Shown here: in pieces, positions 11,328 through 20,763 of the stretch
Position numbering within the stretch: position 1 is the first letter of the stretch
Layout: every line of letters begins with the position of its first letter
NCBI GenBank assembly: GCA_029856155.1
Contig: JAHQWL010000070.1
Location: 1 to 64,000, forward strand
Source of the DNA: Promethearchaeia archaeon
GTDB lineage: Archaea > Asgardarchaeota > Lokiarchaeia > Sigyniarchaeales > SOKP01
DNA length: 64,000 nucleotides
Reading direction: 5' to 3'
Notes under the pieces: model-generated
Told to the model about the DNA's origin: nothing
Databases searched by the model: none
The model's input: the letters and a program-made list of their open reading frames with translations, nothing else
Position numbers and translations under genes: made by a program

Positions 11328-12167
11328 TTAATGCGATCTGTGTCTGCGACTAATCCTTTCATAGTCAATTTGAATTATAGCTGTTATTCCTAATATATAT
11401 ATAACAATGTTATCTGGAATATGCGGCTTAATTTTCACCTTAATGAATTTACGTCCTTTCCAATAGACCAACACTTCTTTCAAACCATCTTTGAACATAT
11501 GATACAAATAATAGCCATTTCCTTTCAGTTTTATAATTTTATTTTTATATTGGTCTTCAAACCAATATTTGGGTTTACCCATCACCGTTGGATGTTTTAA
11601 TTTTCCAATGAATTTGCCTTCATCTTCTTCTCCTCCCTCATAGAATATATATGTAACAGTTTTTTGACGTATTGTTAAAAGTGGACGCCCTTCAAGATTT
11701 TTCAAACGATATATGGTATGGAATAGTGTACCTTCACGTTCAAAATAACCAAGTTCGACTTCAGATGAAGTCATTACCTTATACTCAAATGTGTATATTT
11801 TTTTAATTAAAAATACTCTATATTTATTAATAACTCTTTCAGATCCATCTAAAGCTCTTTCTTCAACCGGACCAAATGCCAATTTGGCTTTCTCAATCTG
11901 GTTCCTTGCTTTTCCTATACTCCGAGTTACAGATATTATAAAAATACCTGGTAAAATCATGAATACACCTATCAATAATAATATCAGTAATATATTATTG
12001 ATATATCTAGAAACATTAGTAGTATCTTCGATAAGAATTAATATCGAAACGTCAACGATTGTTAATACCAACCCTATACCCAATATAATTTTTCCAATGA
12101 GTTTTCCTGTATTTCTTTTTGTTTTAACATTTACATCTTTTACTTGTATGTGTTCTATCTTTATCAC
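11328..12167 (-). CDS. 2-TM protein with LURP-one/scramblase (Tubby-C-like) domain
   Basis: Two N-terminal TMs, then repeated beta-hairpins ending in a hydrophobic helix (YILGITAIIQID). Confidence 0.5.
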   Translation of the reverse strand: MIKIEHIQVKDVNVKTKRNTGKLIGKIILGIGLVLTIVDVSILILIEDTTNVSRYINNILLILLLIGVFMILPGIFIISVTRSIGKARNQIEKAKLAFGPVEERALDGSERVINKYRVFLIKKIYTFEYKVMTSSEVELGYFEREGTLFHTIYRLKNLEGRPLLTIRQKTVTYIFYEGGEEDEGKFIGKLKHPTVMGKPKYWFEDQYKNKIIKLKGNGYYLYHMFKDGLKEVLVYWKGRKFIKVKIKPHIPDNIVIYILGITAIIQIDYERISRRHRSH

Positions 12168-12739
12168 CGTAAAATTAAAATCACATTTAACGTATCTTTT
12201 ATATTCACTTTTAATCCTTTCTTTTTATGAAGAATTCGATACTCCTAACTTTGAATTTTGGATTACTAATGCTAATGATTTTATATTAATATTTAACATT
12301 TTTGTAACCTTAGAAATCTACTTCTGATTGATGTTCCGTTGTTATAGAGAATTCGTGGTACATCATTGATGAAAACTCTAAAAATGCGTAAGTTCTTTTT
12401 GATGTTGTTAAAATTTTTAGGAAATGGGAGATTCGAGAATTATCACCAATCCGTTTTATGATTGATACTGAATGGGCTTGGCTTGAAGGGAAAACCATAT
12501 GTAGGAGAACTATAATTTTAATTTTCAGTAATAGGCTTTTAATGGTTTTAATTTTCGTAATATAGTAAGTTAATTATTGTTTGATTATTTCTCAAAAATA
12601 TGATAAAATCAAATTTATAGTAAATAAATAATTTAAATACCTACATCTCAAATAGAATGAATTTTAAGTAAGAACTTAATTTTCTATCAATACAAATTCC
12701 AAAAATACAAATATTCTTTTTAAAGCAATCGCTAAAAAA

Positions 12740-14056
12740 ATGGTAAAATCAAATAATCCGAAGGAAACTGATTCTAAGATAACTCCTGACTTTGTTCCAA
12801 TGATTAGAATAGTTTTTTGGAATAGTTTAGGGTTCTTCTTTTTTACGTTTTTAATTCCATATGTTACAGCTCAACTCTTTGAGGCTTCAGGTACCGAGAT
12901 GGGACTAACATTCGCAAGTCAAACACTTGGAGGTTTAATAAGCACACCGATAGTAGGATATCTCACTGATAAAGTATCTAAGAAACTTTTGGTATTAATA
13001 GGGAGTTTTGGTAGAGCTGCATGTTATATCCTTATGTATCTTGGTATAATTCTTTCTTCTTTGATTATATTTGCAATAGGGCTTTTTATACTAGGATTTT
13101 TTGTTGGATTTTTTTGGAGTCCTTTAAATGCATTGATTTCAGAGAAATCCCATAAGACATTTCGTTCTTCCGCATTTGGAAAACAAGGTGGAATGCTTGG
13201 TAAAGGAAATTTGGTGGGATCGATTGTTAGTTTTCTTATTTTTGGAGTAGCAAACTATTATGTGCCGAGTAATATATTTATAGTTTATTTTCCCTTAATT
13301 TTATTTACAATCTCTAATATCTATGCAGGAATCATATTTCATAAGAATGTGGACGAAAAATTAACATATGAAATTCATTTCAATCAGGTAAACTTATCCT
13401 CAGAGAAAATAATTGATAACATTTCAATTGAATCAAAAAAAGAAACTAATAATATTTCACCAAAATTATCTCTCGGTTTCCTCATAGGTTTTATCATTTT
13501 AATAACTGCTTTTATGACAAGTAGTGCAAATCAAACAATAGCTCCACCCTTTTTTCAAGTTTATTTAATAAATGAGTTAAAAGTAACTGACGCAACATTG
13601 GTAATGATTATTTATTTCCCTAGTCAAATAATATCATTGCTACTCGCTCCACGGATGGGTAAAGTAGCTGACAGAATCAAACCTCAAATTGCTATAACCT
13701 TTATTAGTGGATTCGGAGCTCTTGTAACATGGCTTATAGTAAATAGCTCGTCAGGATTAATGTTTGGGATTATTTTAACATTTGATGTTACCTTGGCTTG
13801 GGCTAGTTCTTTAGTATTGCAAAATGTACTAAGTCGCATATCTAAAGGACATCGAGGTAAAATATTTGGTATGACTCAATGGATGAGTTTCCTTGGAGCT
13901 ATCTTAGGTCCTATTGTAGGAGGATTAGCATGGGATCACTTAGGACCACAAGCACCATTTATAATCTCCATATTTATAGAATTGTCTGTGATACCACTAT
14001 ACATTACAGCTATAAAGATATTGAAACCATATATGGCTGAAAAAATAGAAGAATAA
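12740..14056 (+). CDS. MFS transporter
   Basis: About 12 TMs; GYLTDKVSKK and GKVADRIKP motif-A loops. Confidence 0.92.
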   Translation: MVKSNNPKETDSKITPDFVPMIRIVFWNSLGFFFFTFLIPYVTAQLFEASGTEMGLTFASQTLGGLISTPIVGYLTDKVSKKLLVLIGSFGRAACYILMYLGIILSSLIIFAIGLFILGFFVGFFWSPLNALISEKSHKTFRSSAFGKQGGMLGKGNLVGSIVSFLIFGVANYYVPSNIFIVYFPLILFTISNIYAGIIFHKNVDEKLTYEIHFNQVNLSSEKIIDNISIESKKETNNISPKLSLGFLIGFIILITAFMTSSANQTIAPPFFQVYLINELKVTDATLVMIIYFPSQIISLLLAPRMGKVADRIKPQIAITFISGFGALVTWLIVNSSSGLMFGIILTFDVTLAWASSLVLQNVLSRISKGHRGKIFGMTQWMSFLGAILGPIVGGLAWDHLGPQAPFIISIFIELSVIPLYITAIKILKPYMAEKIEE

Positions 14057-14129
14057 TAAAAGATATGCTAAAGGACTCCTAAAATAATAAAATTTAATTA
14101 TTTGGTAATGTTTTTTAATATATAATATT

Positions 14130-14201
14130 GGGCCTATGGATTAGTGGAAGATCGTTCGCTTGGCATGCGAAAGGCCGCGGGTTCAATTCCCGCTAGGTCC
14201 A
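14130..14201 (+). tRNA. tRNA-Ala(GGC), no intron, CCA not encoded
   Basis: Acceptor GGGCCTA/TAGGTCC with G3:U70, anticodon arm TTCGC-TTGGCAT-GCGAA, T arm GCGGG-TTCAATT-CCCGC. Confidence 0.96.
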
Positions 14202-14260
14202 AAATTCTTTCTTGATTTTAGTTAATTTTATGAAACTTAATTGAAGTAAAGTCAAAAAAA

Positions 14261-15013
14261 ATGCCTGTCGAGCCAAAAATTGCTGCCACTGTAGTATTAT
14301 TACGTGAACGAGTACCAAATTCAGAATCTGATGATGATTGTGAATTTGAAGTATTCATGGTCAAGCGACATGAAAATGCCAGGTTTATGAGTGCTCACCA
14401 TGTATTCCCTGGTGGAGGGATAGAAGCACAAGATATGACTCTAGAATCAAGAGCAAGAATAATCGGACCTGATAAAGAGATTCTAAGTATTGTTAAAGAA
14501 GTATGTGATGAGCCGTCTGATCTTTGGATAATTGCGATACGCGAACTTTTTGAAGAAACTGGGATTCTAATCGCAACGCAAGATAAAGTAAATATTATTG
14601 AAATAAATAGAGATAATGGCACGAAATTTAAAAATTATCAAGAGGCACTTCAAAAGGATCGGGAAACTATGACAAGTATTCTGATAAAGGAGAATCTTTA
14701 TTATACTGCGAATTATTTAAAATATTTTGGAAGACTAATCACCCCTAAGTCATCTCCTATTCGATTTGATACCCAATTTTTTCTATGTAAATTTACTCAG
14801 AATCAGAATATTAATTTGTTTAGAGACGAATTAACAGAAGGATTATGGGGTTCTCCAAGATTTTTTTTGAAATTATTTCGAAAAAAGAAGATTAAAATAA
14901 TTTTCCCTCAATATACAACACTTAATCGACTTAAAAGATTTAAGACAATTCAAGAAGCTTTTTCTAATTCGAGAAATGGATTCAAAATGGTTCAAGTGAA
15001 GGATTTTAGATAA
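14261..15013 (+). CDS. NUDIX hydrolase (NUDT19-like, possible acyl-CoA diphosphatase)
   Basis: AATVVLLR, VFPGG, AIRELFEETGI, ITP...RFDTQFF. Confidence 0.88.
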   Translation: MPVEPKIAATVVLLRERVPNSESDDDCEFEVFMVKRHENARFMSAHHVFPGGGIEAQDMTLESRARIIGPDKEILSIVKEVCDEPSDLWIIAIRELFEETGILIATQDKVNIIEINRDNGTKFKNYQEALQKDRETMTSILIKENLYYTANYLKYFGRLITPKSSPIRFDTQFFLCKFTQNQNINLFRDELTEGLWGSPRFFLKLFRKKKIKIIFPQYTTLNRLKRFKTIQEAFSNSRNGFKMVQVKDFR

Positions 15014-15200
15014 CTTAGATTATGGTTAAGGTACAAGGTTTATCACTTTAATTCTACTTTACAAATTTTATTTTTATTATCTAGGTCATTAAACACTTCT
15101 CACAGAAATACAATAAAAATTAAAATATATCAAATGAGGAAGATAATTAAATAGAAATACAAATTAATATAATAAAACAAATTTAACGAGGTAGTTTATT

Positions 15201-15698
15201 GTGGTAAAAGGAAAAGGATTAGCTATCTTCGCCCTTATTATTGGGATATCGGGTTTAGGGTTAGGAGTGTATTCTCTTGTTATCCCTCCGCGACAGATTA
15301 GTGGCATTCAGAAAACTTGGTTTATATATGATTCAGGAGTCCATTTCACAAATCCAACTTACACAGATATTCCTATTAATGCTATTAAAATTAATTTTAC
15401 AGTAAAATCAGGAGAATCAGTATATGGAATTTTTAATACATGGGCTACATTAGTCGAGATTGGAGAGGCTGCAATTATATTCAATTTTGCTCTAGACGGG
15501 TTTGTAATAACGAGTCCTGTTTCTCCAGAGGTAATATTTTCTAGTGATCATCTAGCTATAAGTGGGTCAGTTACACTTCAAATGGCTACAGATACAATTT
15601 TACCAGGACTTCATTCTATTACTATAAACATACAAGGAAACTTCTTGAATAACGCTATCGAAGAAAGCACGTTGTTAATTCAAACATATCTCCCTTAA
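15201..15698 (+). CDS. Membrane-anchored/secreted beta-rich hypothetical protein
   Basis: N-terminal KGKG plus hydrophobic helix; beta-sandwich-like remainder. Confidence 0.6.
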   Translation: MVKGKGLAIFALIIGISGLGLGVYSLVIPPRQISGIQKTWFIYDSGVHFTNPTYTDIPINAIKINFTVKSGESVYGIFNTWATLVEIGEAAIIFNFALDGFVITSPVSPEVIFSSDHLAISGSVTLQMATDTILPGLHSITINIQGNFLNNAIEESTLLIQTYLP

Positions 15699-15916
15699 AA
15701 ATTTATTGAACATTGTAATATTGACCGTATAAATAGTGTTTTTTTTTTTCTTATTTGTTTAGATATATTTTTGATTTCATCAATACTATTTTTTTGTTCA
15801 GATGAAACGAACTTATATGCATTCTCAACAATTTCAGAAATAAATTCAATTTTGCCTTTTTTACCTTTTAATTGAAAATTGGAGATTAATGGAGAAACAG
15901 AGATTTTTTATCCTAA

Positions 15917-16663
15917 TTATCTTGAAGCGTAGAAAGGAAGAGTGCTGAATTTCTTTTGGATTTCGTTAAATGGGTGTAAAACCATTTTTTTGGTGAGTTC
16001 CAATTTATCCTCTGTATCTGCGTAAATGCTGTACCATTTTACAGATTTACCAAAAACAGTTTTTAGTATTACTTTCTTATTAAGGAGGACGTCCTTTGCC
16101 ACATTATTTGGAATATTCCCAAGTGAATCCTTATAAACTTTTTCTATAGCAGTTTTTACTTTCATCTTGGGATTAGCTTGTAATTTAATAACTACGTTAT
16201 CCATATAGTCTTTATATTCACTTAAATAGCCAAAAGTTTTTTCAGCATAATCAATAACTTTTTGAGCGTCTATTTTATTCACATCAAAACTTTGAAATGT
16301 TGCTTCAATCCTTTCTTTAGCTTTATCTACAAGCCCTACTTTAAGTTCTTTAATAAGAACATCTATTGATCCTTGATCAGATAAAACATCATTAGCCATC
16401 TGTTCTAATCTTGAGAGTAGGTTTTTATCTATCTCTAGTGGTAAAGATTGAGTACTCTCATTGGCAACTTCTATTTTATGGTCTTGTTCCGTATCAGATT
16501 TATTCGCTATATGAATCTCTGCAGTTTCTTTCTGCATTTGATTTTCTTGTTGTTCTGCTGTTATGCATGAAGGGCAAATTCCGCTATATGTATGTACCTC
16601 ACCTATCCAGGTTTCAGTATTATAAACCTTTTTACATTTCTCACAATGATTATATTTTACCAT
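15917..16663 (-). CDS. Hypothetical protein with N-terminal Zn ribbon
   Basis: CEKC...CPSC followed by a helical region. Confidence 0.6.
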   Translation of the reverse strand: MVKYNHCEKCKKVYNTETWIGEVHTYSGICPSCITAEQQENQMQKETAEIHIANKSDTEQDHKIEVANESTQSLPLEIDKNLLSRLEQMANDVLSDQGSIDVLIKELKVGLVDKAKERIEATFQSFDVNKIDAQKVIDYAEKTFGYLSEYKDYMDNVVIKLQANPKMKVKTAIEKVYKDSLGNIPNNVAKDVLLNKKVILKTVFGKSVKWYSIYADTEDKLELTKKMVLHPFNEIQKKFSTLPFYASR

Positions 16664-16787
16664 AAATAATTCATATCTTGTTTTTTAAACATTTGAAATT
16701 TACTTTTTAAGGCGAATATATTGATTGAATTTAAAATTAATAGAGTTAGCGATAATTTAAAGATAATGTATTTTTTTTTATTCTTTT

Positions 16788-17000
16788 TTACAAATTCCTC
16801 ATTCTTTCTGAAGCACGTACCATCATGCGACATGTTAATTCTTTAAAAGCATCTTCAATATTTTCGCCTGTTTTAGTAGAAGTTTCAATGTAAATCCTTT
16901 CGTTATTTTCTGCGTATTCCCTTATTGTCTCAAAATCAATTAAGCACCCAATTTCTTCTATTAAATATATTTTATTTCCTACACAATAATAGAGGGAATA
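16788..17000 (-). pseudogene. Truncated Rab-like small GTPase (3' third), paralog of 20105-20647
   Basis: Translates VGNKIYLIEEIG...YIETSTKTGENIEDAFKELTCRMMVRASERMRNL*; clear nucleotide similarity to 20118-20300; no G1-G3 motifs and no start. Confidence 0.9.
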
Positions 17001-17106
17001 TTATCTATATTAGCCAGAAAAAGGGTTTACTTTACATAGATATCTCTCTAATTCGCATCCACTAAATAATGAAAAAAGAAGAAAAGTTTTATATACAGAA
17101 TTATAC

Positions 17107-18177
17107 ATGCATTTATTGAGCAAAATAGGCAAAATACCAATGACTGAAACAGTTATTCAATTAGATAATGTTTGTAAGAACTTTGGAAGTTTAAAAGCTG
17201 TTAATAATTTAAGCTTAGAAGTTAAAAAAGGTGAAGTTATTGGATTTGTGGGACCAAATGGGGCTGGCAAGACCACAACATTAAAATTAATTGCTAAGTT
17301 AATGAGACCAAATTCTGGTCAAATTTTAATAATTAATAAACAAGGAAAATTACAGAATCTTCATGAAAATCATAAAAATCTGATTGAAATGGGATTCTTA
17401 ATAGATATACCACATTTTTATAATTCCACACCATATAGAATATTAAAATATATTGCGAACCTGAGAAATTATCCTAAAGAAAAATTAAACCAGAGAATAG
17501 ATGACCTTCTATCAGACTTTAATTTAAGTAAATGGAAGTATAGGAAGATTAAAAATTTCTCAAAAGGAATGATCCAAAAATTAGGTTTTATAGTAGCAAT
17601 AATTCATGATCCCGAAATTGTAATATTAGATGAACCTCAAACAGGGTTAGATCCTACTGCTCGTATTGACGTACGAAAACATATAAGATCGCTTCAAAAG
17701 AAAGGAAAGACAATCTTTGTCGCTTCTCATATGTTATATGAAATAACTGAAGTATGCGACAAAATCGCACTATTAAATGAAGGATCGCTCGTAGGATTTG
17801 ATACATTAGATAATTTAGAGTTTTTACTCAGGGTTAAGGAAATAGTCTGTAAGATCACGAAACCAATCCCACCAGAAAAAATAGACTCAATATTAAAAAA
17901 ACTTGTCCAAAGTCTTGAACCCTACTTAGAACATGATTTAGATCCAACGATTTCTGAGGAATCTATAAAATATAATCCAAATGAGAAGAGTTTTTTTATC
18001 TATTATGATGGTACTGAAGAATCAAGTACTAAGATATTAAACATTTTAGTTAATGAATTCAAATCCGATTTTACAATTTCTTCATTTTCTAAACCAAAAA
18101 CTGTACAGTTAGAAAGATTATATACTCAAATGATATATGATAATGAAAATCCAAAATTAAATAAAGATGCTATATGA
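17107..18177 (+). CDS. ABC-2 type transporter ATP-binding subunit
   Basis: GPNGAGKTT, FSKGMIQK signature, ILDEP. Confidence 0.95.
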   Translation: MHLLSKIGKIPMTETVIQLDNVCKNFGSLKAVNNLSLEVKKGEVIGFVGPNGAGKTTTLKLIAKLMRPNSGQILIINKQGKLQNLHENHKNLIEMGFLIDIPHFYNSTPYRILKYIANLRNYPKEKLNQRIDDLLSDFNLSKWKYRKIKNFSKGMIQKLGFIVAIIHDPEIVILDEPQTGLDPTARIDVRKHIRSLQKKGKTIFVASHMLYEITEVCDKIALLNEGSLVGFDTLDNLEFLLRVKEIVCKITKPIPPEKIDSILKKLVQSLEPYLEHDLDPTISEESIKYNPNEKSFFIYYDGTEESSTKILNILVNEFKSDFTISSFSKPKTVQLERLYTQMIYDNENPKLNKDAI

Positions 18178-18989
18178 AAATGCAATCAATAAATAATGTA
18201 CATGTAAAAATAAAACCTATTTTTCATACTTTTTCTTTTGAAATAAAGCTTCAAATGAAAAAATTTTTAATTTTTTCAGTTGTGACTATTCTTCTAATTA
18301 CTTTAAATAGCTATTTATCATACATAACAATATTTTCCCGAACTATACCACCTTCACAAGCTCATTTTTATGAATCTGGAAACAGTACTTTAATTTTAAT
18401 TATTGTTTTAGCCATCAGTTTCTTTTTTGGAGGTGTTATTTGTTCTGAATTTAAAAATAAAACGGGAATGGTAATATTACCCCTTACAAATAGATTTAAA
18501 TTGCTTATTGGAAAGTATTTTGCAAATTTAGTTTTTGTAATTGGAATTGCTGCCGTTTATTATTTAACAATGGCACTTTTTGCCTACAATTTCTATGGTG
18601 GTCCACTAATTAAAAATTTAGTATATAGTTTTGGATTTACTATATTATGTATTCTTACGTTAGGTAGTATAGCAACTTTTTTAAGTTCAATTATGCCATC
18701 TCAAATTTCTGTAATTGTGATTTTAATTGGATATGTTATAATACTGGAACCGATTCTTTCTTTTGTTATTTGGGGGATTAATAGTGAATTAGAACCATTA
18801 TATTCATTATCTTATATTTTTAATATTATAAATTATGTTTTATATCCAAATTTTTCAACTTTAGATAGACGCGAATTTGATGGGCGGTGGATATATCCAA
18901 GTATAGAAGTAGCATTAACATTTTTATCAATATATACTGTAATATTCTTCATTTTTGGATTTTTATTATTTAAAAGAAGAGAATTTTAA
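18174..18989 (+). CDS. ABC-2 type permease
   Basis: About 6 TMs, SEFKNKTG..P..R..GK loop; overlaps the ATPase stop. Confidence 0.88.
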   Translation: MKMQSINNVHVKIKPIFHTFSFEIKLQMKKFLIFSVVTILLITLNSYLSYITIFSRTIPPSQAHFYESGNSTLILIIVLAISFFFGGVICSEFKNKTGMVILPLTNRFKLLIGKYFANLVFVIGIAAVYYLTMALFAYNFYGGPLIKNLVYSFGFTILCILTLGSIATFLSSIMPSQISVIVILIGYVIILEPILSFVIWGINSELEPLYSLSYIFNIINYVLYPNFSTLDRREFDGRWIYPSIEVALTFLSIYTVIFFIFGFLLFKRREF

Positions 18990-19033
18990 GATTAACTTAA
19001 AAAAATAATAAAGTGCTTGAGGGTTCATAATAT

Positions 19034-20017
19034 ATGGTAAATATAAAAAAAAGCCTAGCAATAAAGTTTATAATTATCTTATTACTTGGAATAGATTTAA
19101 TAAATCAATATTCAATCATTTTAGTTCAAGCTCAAATTAATTATAAACCTACTTTAGAAATGGGCACTCAAATCTTAGAAGTTAAGAGATATAATGAACA
19201 AATATGGAAAAACACGGTGAATATAAATTCAAGCCCTATTGATTGGTTTGGAGGAGAAGCTAATAAAGTTGGGGCTAAAAGTAAAAATACTCTATTTGAG
19301 TTGGGATATGGTGGTGCTAGTACTACAGCTATATTTGCTTATTTTGTTATTCCGCGAAACGTTATAGATATATACAACCTTTTATGGGAGTATGGATATG
19401 ATCAAAGTTATATTGAGAATAATTATAATCGTAATTATATCGATTGGGGATACTCATTTAGCAACTGGCGATTTACAATCAAAGAATTTAATGACATACC
19501 TGATATTTTACACAGTCATTCAATTATTCTTCAATTTCCCCAAAATCTGTCTACAGCCTTAAAAGACTATAATAATTTTACTGCAATAATTAATAATGAT
19601 ACAAATCTACAATCATTAGGTTATTCATTCCCAATTCTCAGTGGAGACGATTTACTTTGGCAATTTTTTACTCGTAGATTTGCTGTCGCAAGTCCTATTA
19701 GTGAATATTTAACTACATTAACAAATACTCTTGAATGTGAAAATACGACAAATCGAGGTAATACACTTATATTTCAACGACATGGAGTAAAAAATTATAC
19801 CGTTGAAGTTACCTATAGTACTAAAGGAATAATTGATTATGTTGTTGTAAAGAATTCAGAAGGATACATATTTTATGAAATTACCAGTTTTTATCCAAAA
19901 ATAATCTTTTATGTCATAGTAGGAATATTGGCTATTTTCATTTTAGGGGTAGCTACTCTGGTTATTGTTAAAAAAATAAAATTACAGAAACAGTTCAAAA
20001 ATGGTATGAATAGATAA
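19034..20017 (+). CDS. Surface protein with signal peptide and C-terminal TM anchor
   Basis: N-terminal hydrophobic segment, C-terminal TM followed by a basic tail; co-oriented with the ABC genes. Confidence 0.7.
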   Translation: MVNIKKSLAIKFIIILLLGIDLINQYSIILVQAQINYKPTLEMGTQILEVKRYNEQIWKNTVNINSSPIDWFGGEANKVGAKSKNTLFELGYGGASTTAIFAYFVIPRNVIDIYNLLWEYGYDQSYIENNYNRNYIDWGYSFSNWRFTIKEFNDIPDILHSHSIILQFPQNLSTALKDYNNFTAIINNDTNLQSLGYSFPILSGDDLLWQFFTRRFAVASPISEYLTTLTNTLECENTTNRGNTLIFQRHGVKNYTVEVTYSTKGIIDYVVVKNSEGYIFYEITSFYPKIIFYVIVGILAIFILGVATLVIVKKIKLQKQFKNGMNR

Positions 20018-20104
20018 TTTAAAAAATTTTATCTTCCTTGTAAATAAAAGAGTAAAAAGAAACAAGTTCTCCTTTTCGGATAAATTTTATTTTTTAATAT
20101 GATT

Positions 20105-20647
20105 CTATAAATCCTTTATTCTTTCCGAAGCACGCGTTATCATACGGTGTGTGAGTTCTTTAAAAGCATCTTCAACATTTTCCCCCGTTTTAGCAGAAGT
20201 TTCTATGTAAATACTATCTTTAATTTCCGCGTATTCCTTTACTACATCATTATCAATCGAGCGTCCAACATCTTCAATTAAGTCTACTTTATTCCCAATT
20301 ATAATGAAAGGTATTTTTTCTTTTAATATTGAAAACATCTCTGAAACCCATGTTTCAAGCGCTTCATAAGTTTTAATCTGAGTAAGATCAAAAATGACAA
20401 GGGCACCTTGAGTTCCTTCATAATATTGTTTATGGAGAAATTCAAATTTTTTCTGGCCAGCTATATCCCAGATAACAAGCTTAGCAAAATCTTTTTTTTC
20501 CATATGTATTTCTTTTGTTAAATAATTAATGCCTATGGTTGTTATGTAATCATGAGAGAATTGGTTTTTCACAAACCTATATAATATGCTAGTTTTACCT
20601 ACTGCTGGTGCTCCGAGTAAAAGTACTTTAAAGCTATATTTAGTCAT
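20105..20647 (-). CDS. Rab-like small GTPase (Ras superfamily)
   Basis: GAPAVGKTS, TIG, WDIAGQ, GNKVD, ETSAK; no C-terminal CAAX/CC. Confidence 0.95.
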   Translation of the reverse strand: MTKYSFKVLLLGAPAVGKTSILYRFVKNQFSHDYITTIGINYLTKEIHMEKKDFAKLVIWDIAGQKKFEFLHKQYYEGTQGALVIFDLTQIKTYEALETWVSEMFSILKEKIPFIIIGNKVDLIEDVGRSIDNDVVKEYAEIKDSIYIETSAKTGENVEDAFKELTHRMITRASERIKDL

Positions 20648-20763
20648 ATAAATTACATGATTTTAGAATTTTCCACGTAAGAAGATATAATTCATAATTT
20701 TTAAAAACATTTTAGGTTAAAATATTTAGGTTTAAATATCTGTCCTTATTTGATAAAACTAAT

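Noticed and set aside
11791-12327. 178-aa plus-strand hydrophobic ORF
   Set aside because: Antisense shadow of 11328-12167; the hydrophobicity comes from AT-rich reverse codons.
12310-12498. 62-aa ORF / decayed fragment
   Set aside because: No recognisable family on either strand, and the plus frame has internal stops.
14130-17000. tRNA-Ala as the integration site of an island
   Set aside because: No integrase and no duplicated tRNA 3' end found in the window.
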